Source of the DNA: Minisyncoccota bacterium | GTDB lineage: Bacteria; Patescibacteriota; Minisyncoccia; UBA6257; JAGOQP01 | Direction: 5' to 3' | Length of the DNA stretch: 64,000 nucleotides | Assembly: GCA_041665445.1 (NCBI GenBank) | Contig: JBAYIV010000001.1 | Coordinates: 6,334 to 70,333 of the forward strand | Shown: one piece after another, positions 56,717-64,000 of the stretch | Position numbering within the stretch: the first letter of the stretch is position 1 | Layout of the letters: each line of letters begins with the position of its first letter | Translations under genes and position numbers: made by a program | Notes under the pieces: model-generated | The model's database searches: none | The model's input: only the letters and a program-made list of their open reading frames with translations | Told to the model about the DNA's origin: nothing

Positions 56717-57251
56717 TTTCTTGTTGTGGTTGCGCGGTTGTGTAAACGTCATCAACATCATCGTGGTCGTCAAGAGCCTCCACGAGATTGTTCATTGTTT
56801 CCGTGGTTTCTTGAGACGTTTCTTGTGGGAACTTTGCAACCCACCCATCGTCGCTTTTGTTAAATGCCCACAAAACACTTCCGGGATCAGCCCACTTCCC
56901 GTGGTGGTCGGCGATTATTTTTTTTATTTCAGCAACGGTTCGATTTCTGCTGTTTGTGGTTGCGGTGATAATTATCGCGATTCCATCAGGTCCATATCCC
57001 TCTAAAATAAGGCAATCCAAGTCTTTTGCCTCACTTGATTTTTTAATAGCGCGATCGATGTTGTCTTTGGGGACATTGTTTTCTTGGGCGCGCTCAATGG
57101 CGGCGCGCAAAGAGGCGTTCCTCGATGGATCAGGATCGTTTTGAGCCATAACCGATATTGCGCGTAAAAACTTTGAGAACATCTGACTTCTCTTTTTGTC
57201 GGTTATCTCCTTCTTCCGTTTGATCTGCGCCCATTTGTTGTGTCCTGACAT
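56709..57251 (-). CDS. yebC: YebC/PmpR family protein, short form
   Basis: MSGHNKWAQIKRKK, EGYGPDG and LDDHDDVDDVY motifs. Confidence 0.93.
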   Translation of the reverse strand: MSGHNKWAQIKRKKEITDKKRSQMFSKFLRAISVMAQNDPDPSRNASLRAAIERAQENNVPKDNIDRAIKKSSEAKDLDCLILEGYGPDGIAIIITATTNSRNRTVAEIKKIIADHHGKWADPGSVLWAFNKSDDGWVAKFPQETSQETTETMNNLVEALDDHDDVDDVYTTAQPQQEND

Positions 57252-57343
57252 GTTTAAAAACAATAACAACGCATTTTAAAACCATAAGGGTACCATAAGA
57301 CGAGCATATATTAAAAAATTAAAAATACGTTTGTTTTTAAAAG

Positions 57344-57811
57344 CTAAAAAATATTCGTGTAATATCTTAATGATATACAATTATCTAATAACGTTATAGC
57401 CGCAAGATCGAGGCGGTATCCATTCGTTCCAATGAGTTTGTCATATTTATTTGCATACCATTCAGATATTTTTTTAAAATTGCCGATCTTTTTGGACGAC
57501 ATTTGGTCTTCTGGCGTAAAATCAATTTCGTTTGCAATCAATGATTGCCGGATGTATTTGTTTACGTTGCCGAACAGAAGTGGATAACTTTCTTCATATG
57601 GTTTCTCTTTGTCTTTCCTCTCATCCATGGTCTTAACCTCCAAAAAAATCAAGGTTTTATCTGATGATTTGGCGACAATGTCGAGCTCGCCGAATTTCGT
57701 AGAAAAATTTCTTTCTATTATTTTTAAACCGATATACTCAAGATATCCACAGCAGATATTCTCGCCAAATTGCCCAACTTTTTGCCGCTCTGTTTTGTGG
57801 CTGCCATCCAT
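57344..57811 (-). CDS. YraN (UPF0102) family putative endonuclease
   Basis: GQFGE...YL...I.ERNF..K.GELDIVA...FLEVK...RLD. Start uncertain (57811 or 57862). Confidence 0.85.
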   Translation of the reverse strand: MDGSHKTERQKVGQFGENICCGYLEYIGLKIIERNFSTKFGELDIVAKSSDKTLIFLEVKTMDERKDKEKPYEESYPLLFGNVNKYIRQSLIANEIDFTPEDQMSSKKIGNFKKISEWYANKYDKLIGTNGYRLDLAAITLLDNCISLRYYTNIF

Positions 57812-57921
57812 GATTTTTATGGGATATATTAAATTATACCCCATAAATTTATTTTGTTCCAATGAATTTTTTGTTTGCCGGATTAAATTGTTTTGCTAAC
57901 TGGTCGGCTTTTTAATAAAAA

Positions 57922-57937
57922 TGTTTCACGTGAAACA
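57922..57937. promoter_or_regulatory. parS site 1
   Basis: Exact TGTTTCACGTGAAACA inside a 40-bp perfect palindrome (57910-57949). Confidence 0.92.
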
Positions 57938-57975
57938 TTTTTATTAAAATCAGTTAGAAAATTGATGATTTTAAA

Positions 57976-57991
57976 TGTTTCACGTGAAACA
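57976..57991. promoter_or_regulatory. parS site 2
   Basis: Exact TGTTTCACGTGAAACA inside a 32-bp perfect palindrome (57968-57999). Confidence 0.92.
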
Positions 57992-58389
57992 TTTAAAATT
58001 GGATTTTTGTAAAAGAGTAGATTTTAAGCCATAATTGAGCTTACTGTGTTTTAAAATGTTTCACACTTTTGTTTCACGCTGTTAAAACACTAGGTTTAAT
58101 GAGCCAATTCAACAACGGCTCAAATCCTATGTATTTCAGAAACATTCTTTTGGTTTTTTAATGATGAGTATTTATGGGCTGGTTGACTTGAGCGATAAAT
58201 ACTATCTTTTTCTTTTGAATAACAAAAAGATGTCCACGTGGTTTGTCGCGGCGATTGCCGGACTTATTATTTTTGTTTTCTGATTTTTTAGTCGCCGTGT
58301 GCGCTTATTCTTTTAGTTGTCTTGGTGTTATACTAAAAAAAGTACGCTGTCTTTGTTGTGTCGCGTCTATCGGCGCAGAGGAGGACTAG

Positions 58390-58641
58390 ATGAATATTGC
58401 GGAATGTGTTGGTGATGTGATTGTTTTCCAGTGTGGCAACAAAACAAGAAACAACATCGACCCCCCGCTTGACCCAGGTCGATTTTATCGCGCGACCATC
58501 CATGGGGTGGTTGAGAAAAAGGGAGACCTGCTTCTCGCTCTTTGGTTTGTCAGTTATCATCATGGCGGAGCAGATCTCTGTCCCCATGACCGCTTAACTC
58601 TTTACTTGTCGGATCTGATTTTTTGGAGGGTTTGGCCTTAG
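58390..58641 (+). CDS. Hypothetical protein (83 aa)
   Basis: SD GAGGAGG; upstream TGTTATACT -10 element. Confidence 0.55.
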   Translation: MNIAECVGDVIVFQCGNKTRNNIDPPLDPGRFYRATIHGVVEKKGDLLLALWFVSYHHGGADLCPHDRLTLYLSDLIFWRVWP

Positions 58642-58748
58642 CGGCAAGGGAGGGCTGGTTGTGAAAAAAATTGGTTGGTGCGAGTATGGCGGGTGCTACA
58701 ATCTAAAGACGTGGCGCCCTTTTTTTGTCTGGTGGTATACTGTGGAAT

Positions 58749-59906
58749 ATGATTTCTCGTGGCGTTGCGACATTTACATTAGATGAGGGGAGGTGTCCGC
58801 CGTGGTTGTTCGCACGGATGGTTGTGTTGGCGCGGGCGATGATTGATGTAATTGTCGATGATGTCGGGTCCGATGAATTTGTGTGGCGACTTTCTGATCC
58901 TGTTTGGTTTCAATCATTGGGGACGGTGCTGGCATTTGATTGGAATGCGTCTGGGCTCACCACCATTCTCACGGCGGCACTCAAGGAGGCGATTCGGGGG
59001 AAGGAGCGCGAGTTGGGGATTTTTGTGTGTGGCGGAAAAGGGAAGACTTCGCGCAAAACACCCGATGAAATTATGATGTGGTCGGAGCGCGCGAGCGTGG
59101 CACCGGATGATGCGCGCTGGCTGGTGTACAGTTCGCGGATGGCGGCAAAGGTGGATAGTGCGTTGGTCCAGGATGGTTATCAAATTTATCATCACGCATT
59201 TGTTTTTTCAAAAAATGGTTCGTGGTCGGTTGTTCAGCAGGGGATGGACGTTAAATCGGGGACGGCGCGACGCTACCATTGGCATGGGTCGTCGGTGAAA
59301 GATTTTATTGTTGAGCCGCACGCGGGGATTGTCGCACAAAAAACGAAGCAGCAGACGCTTAATTTGACGGCTCGCGAGGGAGATGTAAATCGGGCAACGA
59401 GCGTTGATTTGGCGGGGAGTAATTTCGCCTCACTGGTGCGTGACTTGCGGTTGGTTGACAGACATTCGTCGTCATTGTCTAATATGGTTCGAGCAAAAAG
59501 CGTTGATGGGGAAAGACAGTTGACGCTTCTTGCCCTTTCGCACAATGAATTTGCCCATCACTCCGTTGAAAGGGAGTCGTTTTCCCGGAGCAAATATCTT
59601 CAAAAAATATTATATCTTCTGGGAGAGCGGAAGCCAAAAACATATGAACAACTTGTGGCAACGCCGGGGGTTGGTCCCAAGACCGTGCGGGCGCTGGCGT
59701 TGGTGGCTGAGGTGTTGTATGGCGCACCCGCGTCGTTCCGGGATCCAGCGCGATACAGCTTTGCACATGGAGGAAAAGATGCGACGCCATATCCGGTTGA
59801 TCGGGCTACCTACGACAGCACCATAGCGGCGTTTAAAAAATATGTTCGTTGTGCTGAGCTAAAAACAACTCAGCGCCAGGACGTTTTGCGGCGCATAGAA
59901 AAATAA
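58749..59906 (+). CDS. DUF763-domain protein
   Basis: P.WLF.RM, DP.WFQSLG...DW..SG.TT, GGKG, QQGM...ARRYHW, HGGKD..PYPV. Confidence 0.88.
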   Translation: MISRGVATFTLDEGRCPPWLFARMVVLARAMIDVIVDDVGSDEFVWRLSDPVWFQSLGTVLAFDWNASGLTTILTAALKEAIRGKERELGIFVCGGKGKTSRKTPDEIMMWSERASVAPDDARWLVYSSRMAAKVDSALVQDGYQIYHHAFVFSKNGSWSVVQQGMDVKSGTARRYHWHGSSVKDFIVEPHAGIVAQKTKQQTLNLTAREGDVNRATSVDLAGSNFASLVRDLRLVDRHSSSLSNMVRAKSVDGERQLTLLALSHNEFAHHSVERESFSRSKYLQKILYLLGERKPKTYEQLVATPGVGPKTVRALALVAEVLYGAPASFRDPARYSFAHGGKDATPYPVDRATYDSTIAAFKKYVRCAELKTTQRQDVLRRIEK

Positions 59907-59942
59907 ACCCGCGCAAAGCGCGGGTGGTACTGGGTGTTCGGG

Positions 59943-60137
59943 TTAAGGCAGGCGGGGTACTCGAATAATGAAAGTTGTGTGCGCTGGAGGCAGTGGATGG
60001 TGCCGGTGGTACTGTTCTCTTAGGTCGTCGGCGGTTTCCTGATCGACGTCGTAGGTGTCGATGTACTGCTGGTGCGTCTTCCCGCCATCCCTCCAAATTT
60101 GGTACCTGAGTTGCTCCTCTTTGTTTGGCATGGCCAT
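59943..60137 (-). CDS. Hypothetical protein (64 aa) just downstream of tRNA-Val
   Basis: Purine-rich AAGAAAGGGG before the ATG; fills the gap up to the hairpin at about 59907-59926. Confidence 0.45.
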   Translation of the reverse strand: MAMPNKEEQLRYQIWRDGGKTHQQYIDTYDVDQETADDLREQYHRHHPLPPAHTTFIIRVPRLP

Positions 60138-60156
60138 CCCCCTTTCTTGAGTGCTG

Positions 60157-60230
60157 TGGGCGGCATAGGATTCGAACCTATGACCTCCTCGGTGTAAACG
60201 AGGCGCTCTAACCAGCTGAGCTAGCCGCCC
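60157..60230 (-). tRNA. tRNA-Val(TAC)
   Basis: GGGCGGC acceptor, TAGCTCAGCTGGTTAGAGC D arm, CCTCG-TTTACAC-CGAGG anticodon arm, GGTTCGAATCC T arm; CCA not encoded. Confidence 0.95.
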
Positions 60231-60850
60231 TAGCCGTTCTCTTTGTCGTCTCCATTCCTGGGCTCAATTAAGTAATGAGCGATGACGTGCTTTATGTATA
60301 GCTCAAAAAGTGCCACCACCACAAGGGCGGCAAGCATAAGTCCACCCAAGCGTTCAATGCGTCCCCGAAAGAGCTGGGCGCGATCCGCAAAGATATATCC
60401 AAGCGATATCAAGGAAATAACCCAGAGGATTGATGCGGGGGCGGAGTAGCGGAGCATTTTTTTCAGATGAATGTTGAGGTATCCCGCTGCGGCAAGCGTT
60501 ACGCGATTAAGGCCATAGGCAAATTTTGAAAAGAAAATAAAAAGACCAGCAGACGGGCGCATTCGTTTGAGCGCGCCTTCAATGCGAGAGATGTCGATAA
60601 AAAAAATCTTCTTACTGTTCCTTTTTAACAGATGCTGTCCGAGCCACCAAAAAAGAATATCGTATCCGATGGCGGCACCGATTCCGACGACAATGATTGT
60701 TGGTAGGTTGACCACTCCAATCCGACTCAGCGCGCCAAAGAGAGGGAGGGATATTTCGCCCCCCTCCAATAGCATTGCCACGCAAAGGATGACGTAGACG
60801 AGCGGTTGGTGGTGATGAGCGGCAATAAGGATGATCTGAGTGGCGTGCAT
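60230..60850 (-). CDS. DedA/VTT-family membrane protein
   Basis: LEG..., GYDILFWWLG, F.SKFAYGL...AAG and WV...LGY.F motifs. Confidence 0.85.
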   Translation of the reverse strand: MHATQIILIAAHHHQPLVYVILCVAMLLEGGEISLPLFGALSRIGVVNLPTIIVVGIGAAIGYDILFWWLGQHLLKRNSKKIFFIDISRIEGALKRMRPSAGLFIFFSKFAYGLNRVTLAAAGYLNIHLKKMLRYSAPASILWVISLISLGYIFADRAQLFRGRIERLGGLMLAALVVVALFELYIKHVIAHYLIEPRNGDDKENG

Positions 60851-60862
60851 ATATTATAGGGG

Positions 60863-60935
60863 TGCGCCCACTTGGACTCGAACCAAGGACCGACCGTGTA
60901 TAAGACGGTTGCTCTACCAGCTGAGCTATGGGCGC
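60863..60935 (-). tRNA. tRNA with TAT anticodon (Ile, reads AUA)
   Basis: GCGCCCA/TGGGCGC acceptor, ACCGT-CTTATAC-ACGGT anticodon arm, GGTTCGAGTCC T arm, discriminator A. Confidence 0.92.
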
Positions 60936-61082
60936 AAAAGCGCGTACCAATATTAAAAAATAAAAGGCACTCGTGCCTACAAAAAGCATAGCGCACTTAA
61001 CGCATCTTTTCAATTCAAAAACCGCCGCAGAAGGGCAGTTTTTGAGGGGGAACGCGATGGCCAGTGTTTGGCGCTGTGCTCG

Positions 61083-62930
61083 CTATGCCTCAATGGGTTT
61101 GATGGCGAATTTTTTAATCATGGCGTCAAATTCGTCCTTTTCAATTATTTCTTTTTTAAGGAGCGTGTCGGCGATGTAATCGAGCGCTTTCCTGTTTTTT
61201 TGAATAACCTTCTTGGCAGTTTCGTAGGCGCGGCGGATGAAGTGTTCAACTTCGTGGTCGATTTCAACAGCGGTTGATTCTGAATAATTTTTTTCCGTGG
61301 AAATTTCTTTTCCAAGGAATATCAACTCCTGTGTTTTCCCAAAAGTGATGGGGCCTAATTTTTCGCTCATGCCGTAGCGCACCACCATTTTACGCGCGAT
61401 ATCGGAGGCAACCGCTAGATCGTTTGATGCGCCAGTGGTGAGGTCCTTAAAAACTATTTCCTCGGTGGCGTAGCCGCCGAAAGCGACCGCCAAATCGGCA
61501 ATAAATTCTTTGCGGGTACGCAGGTGCGTGTCTTCGATGGGGAGCTTGAGGGTGTAGCCGCCAGCTTGTCCGCGCGCGATGATTGAAATTTTATGCACGG
61601 GATCGGCGTGTTTGACTGAGGCAATTACCAGCGCGTGTCCCGCCTCATGGTAGGCAGTAACTTCTCGTTCGTGCTTTGAGAGAACGCGCGATCGGCGCTC
61701 GGGACCGAGCATAACTTTTTCGATAGATTGATAGAGGTCATTCTGCAAGATTTCTTTCTGTCCGTTGCGCGCGGCAAGAATGGCCGCTTCATTAACGAGG
61801 TTTTCGAGTTCGGCGCCAGAAAATCCTGGCGTACGTATTGCAATTTGTCGGAAATCAACGGCGGGAGCCAGTGGCTTGTTGCGGCTGTGAATTTTGAGGA
61901 TGGCCTGGCGGTCATTAATGTCGGGCAGGTCCAAGACGACGCGACGATCAAATCGACCGGGGCGTAGAAGTGCTGGATCCAAAATGTCGGGGCGGTTGGT
62001 CGCGGCCAATACAATAACCTGTGCTTCTTTGTCAAAACCGTCCATTTCAACCAGGATTTGGTTGAGGGTTTGCTCACGCTCGTCGTGTCCACCGCCGACG
62101 CCTGCGCCACGTTCACGCCCGATGGCATCAATTTCATCTATAAAGAGAATAGCAGGAGCGGCTCGTTTTGCGGTGGCAAAGGCATCGCGTGTGCGCGAAG
62201 CACCGACGCCCACAAACATTTCAACGAATTCCGATGCGGAAATATGAAAGAAGGGAACTTCCGCTTCGCCGGCAACTGCCCGAGCCAAGAGGGTTTTTCC
62301 GGTTCCGGGCATTCCTAAAAGTAAAACGCCGCGGGGAATTTTTGCTCCCAGGTCAAGATATTTTTTGGGATTGCGCAAAAAATCAACTACCTCCAAAAGC
62401 TCCTGTTTTGCCTCTTTGAGGCCGGCCACATCGGCAAAGGTAACCCGATCCTTGAATGCGCCAAAGAGTTTAATGTTTGATTTGCCGAACGAGAACGCTT
62501 GCGTGGCGCCTTGTTTGGATTGTCGAAAAATAAACCAGAAGAAAATGCCGATTGCAATAAGCGGAAGAAGCGTGGGGATGAGAATGCCCATCCAAAACTT
62601 AAGACCTGACTGCTCTTTTATTTGAAACGGAACCTTGGCTAATGCTTCGGGGGTAACGCCGTAGTTTTTGAGCGTTTCAATTAAGCCGGTCTCGGGTTCT
62701 TTGGTGGCCGTTGCCGTTGAGCCGTCCTTGAGGGTTGCGGTGATGACGTTGTCTTGGACAATGATATTAGTGACATTGCCCGTTCCAATTTGTGTGGCGA
62801 GCTCGTTAAGCGTCATTTCCTTGTTTTGCGGCTCAAGCGAGTAGAGCGAAGAAAAAAGGAGGATGAGTCCGACAAAAACAAGCGCGACCGCAAAAACATT
62901 TTTTAGAATTTTTTTCGTATTTTTATTCAT
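61083..62930 (-). CDS. ftsH: ATP-dependent zinc metalloprotease FtsH
   Basis: Two TM helices, [22 protein letters not shown] and HEAGH. Confidence 0.98.
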   Translation of the reverse strand: MNKNTKKILKNVFAVALVFVGLILLFSSLYSLEPQNKEMTLNELATQIGTGNVTNIIVQDNVITATLKDGSTATATKEPETGLIETLKNYGVTPEALAKVPFQIKEQSGLKFWMGILIPTLLPLIAIGIFFWFIFRQSKQGATQAFSFGKSNIKLFGAFKDRVTFADVAGLKEAKQELLEVVDFLRNPKKYLDLGAKIPRGVLLLGMPGTGKTLLARAVAGEAEVPFFHISASEFVEMFVGVGASRTRDAFATAKRAAPAILFIDEIDAIGRERGAGVGGGHDEREQTLNQILVEMDGFDKEAQVIVLAATNRPDILDPALLRPGRFDRRVVLDLPDINDRQAILKIHSRNKPLAPAVDFRQIAIRTPGFSGAELENLVNEAAILAARNGQKEILQNDLYQSIEKVMLGPERRSRVLSKHEREVTAYHEAGHALVIASVKHADPVHKISIIARGQAGGYTLKLPIEDTHLRTRKEFIADLAVAFGGYATEEIVFKDLTTGASNDLAVASDIARKMVVRYGMSEKLGPITFGKTQELIFLGKEISTEKNYSESTAVEIDHEVEHFIRRAYETAKKVIQKNRKALDYIADTLLKKEIIEKDEFDAMIKKFAIKPIEA

Positions 62931-63017
62931 AGTGCAGAGAAAGTATACTGCATTACTTTAAAAAGGCAAAAAAAGGGACCCGTGTGGGCCCCATAGTGCC
63001 GTCGCCTTGTTTTTACC

Positions 63018-63326
63018 TTACGCGTCGACCAAGAGAGCAATCAAATCGTGGCTCTTGGTAACCGCGAAGGTGGCGGGGAGTTTTTGTTCCGCAGTCCTGC
63101 CTGTGTAAATACAAAGACAATCGCCAGTGTCCATGTTTTCAATAAGGGCCAGACCGATGGTTTCCAGTACTTGCGCTTGAGCTAGGGTGCGCCAAGTGCT
63201 GCCCGGTCGCAGCTTCCCCTTTCCCGCGGGACGGCCGATGAACTTCAGGGCTCCATGTAGAAAGCCGGATGCATATCCGATGGTGAACAATAAAAGTGTC
63301 ATGGAAATGAGAATGGGAATAGGCAT
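63018..63326 (-). CDS. Hypothetical membrane-anchored protein (102 aa)
   Basis: SD AGGAGG, N-terminal TM, upstream TTGACA-17-CATTCT. Confidence 0.6.
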   Translation of the reverse strand: MPIPILISMTLLLFTIGYASGFLHGALKFIGRPAGKGKLRPGSTWRTLAQAQVLETIGLALIENMDTGDCLCIYTGRTAEQKLPATFAVTKSHDLIALLVDA

Positions 63327-63448
63327 GGTCTCCTCCTGCGCGTATGCGCGAAAAGCATTGAAACGTTCTATATTTAGAATGACTTAAAAATTGCATTATG
63401 TCAAGTAATTGCAATGGCGTAAACGCTGGTGTGCAAAATTTAATAAAA

Positions 63449-63480
63449 CAAAAACCCGCCCAAAGAGAGGCGGGTTTTTG
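63449..63480. terminator. Intrinsic terminator of the S1-domain gene
   Basis: CAAAAACCCGCC-CAAAGAGA-GGCGGGTTTTTG. Confidence 0.85.
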
Positions 63481-63497
63481 GGTGTCGCACCAAGTGT

Positions 63498-63998
63498 TTA
63501 TTTCTTTAACTTGAGAATAATGCGCTTTTCTGCTGGTTTGAAGAGAGAGATGGTAAAGGAATATTCCTTGCCGAGTTCCAGTTCTTCTTTCATTTTCTCT
63601 TGGCTTTCAAATTCGGAGATATGAATCAAGCCCTGTAAGTCGTGGCCGAGCGCTACCAAGGCGCCGAAGGGATTGTATTTTGCTGCGGTGCCGGTGATTT
63701 CTTGATCTTGGGCAAAATATTTATCCGCGTCATCCCACGGGTTCGGCTTAAGTGCCTTGAATGAAAGTGAGATGCGCCCCTCTTTAATCTCAATAATTTT
63801 TGCCTTCATGCTGTCGCCGACTTTTACCACCTCTTTGGGAGCATCGATGAGTTTATGGTCAATCTCCGAAATGTGGACTAGGCCCTCAATAGTGGGATCG
63901 TCTAAGAGTTTCACAAAAACACCAAAGTCAGCGACACCCGAAACAACCACATCAACCGTATCGCCAATCCCGTATTTTTCAAGAGATTTTCGTACACC
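63498..63998 (-). CDS. rpsA: Ribosomal protein S1-like multi-S1-domain protein; 5' end outside the window
   Basis: Two S1 repeats (FGVFV..EGLVHISEI; FGALV..QGLIHISEF); frame open to the window edge. Confidence 0.85.
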   Translation of the reverse strand, partial: GVRKSLEKYGIGDTVDVVVSGVADFGVFVKLLDDPTIEGLVHISEIDHKLIDAPKEVVKVGDSMKAKIIEIKEGRISLSFKALKPNPWDDADKYFAQDQEITGTAAKYNPFGALVALGHDLQGLIHISEFESQEKMKEELELGKEYSFTISLFKPAEKRIILKLKK

Positions 63999-64000
63999 TT

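Noticed and set aside
59943-60230. Element integrated at tRNA-Val
   Set aside because: No duplicated tRNA 3' end and no integrase nearby.

Overview
This is the origin-spanning core region of a Patescibacteria/CPR (Parcubacteria-like) chromosome using the standard genetic code; the lineage call is inferred from gene content. It holds rpsO-NYN-pnp, a Xer-type tyrosine recombinase flanked by small orphan genes, two large surface-protein genes, ftsK, murE, ruvA/ruvC, holA, a chromosomal VirB4/VirB6/PrgI/pilin cluster, rsmA, pcrA, comM, polA, the jag-yidC-rnpA-rpmH-dnaA-oriC-dnaN block, two parS sites, two tRNAs, ftsH and part of an S1-domain gene. The most unusual locus is 12.2-14.4 kb. There, a winged-helix gene carries a phased TTGCCGGA array inside its own coding sequence. 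It diverges from a PaaX/Cas2-fold gene across an intergenic region with 19-bp iteron-like repeats and a perfect 52-bp palindrome capped by two consensus DnaA boxes. Other oddities are two toxin-less Xre/MbcA/ParS antitoxin-domain genes in duplicated modules, a tRNA-Ile(UAU) with Val-like features, a ~420-nt structured S-layer leader, and a split between near-leaderless core genes and SD-led orphan genes. All calls come from reading motifs by eye; no database searches were run.
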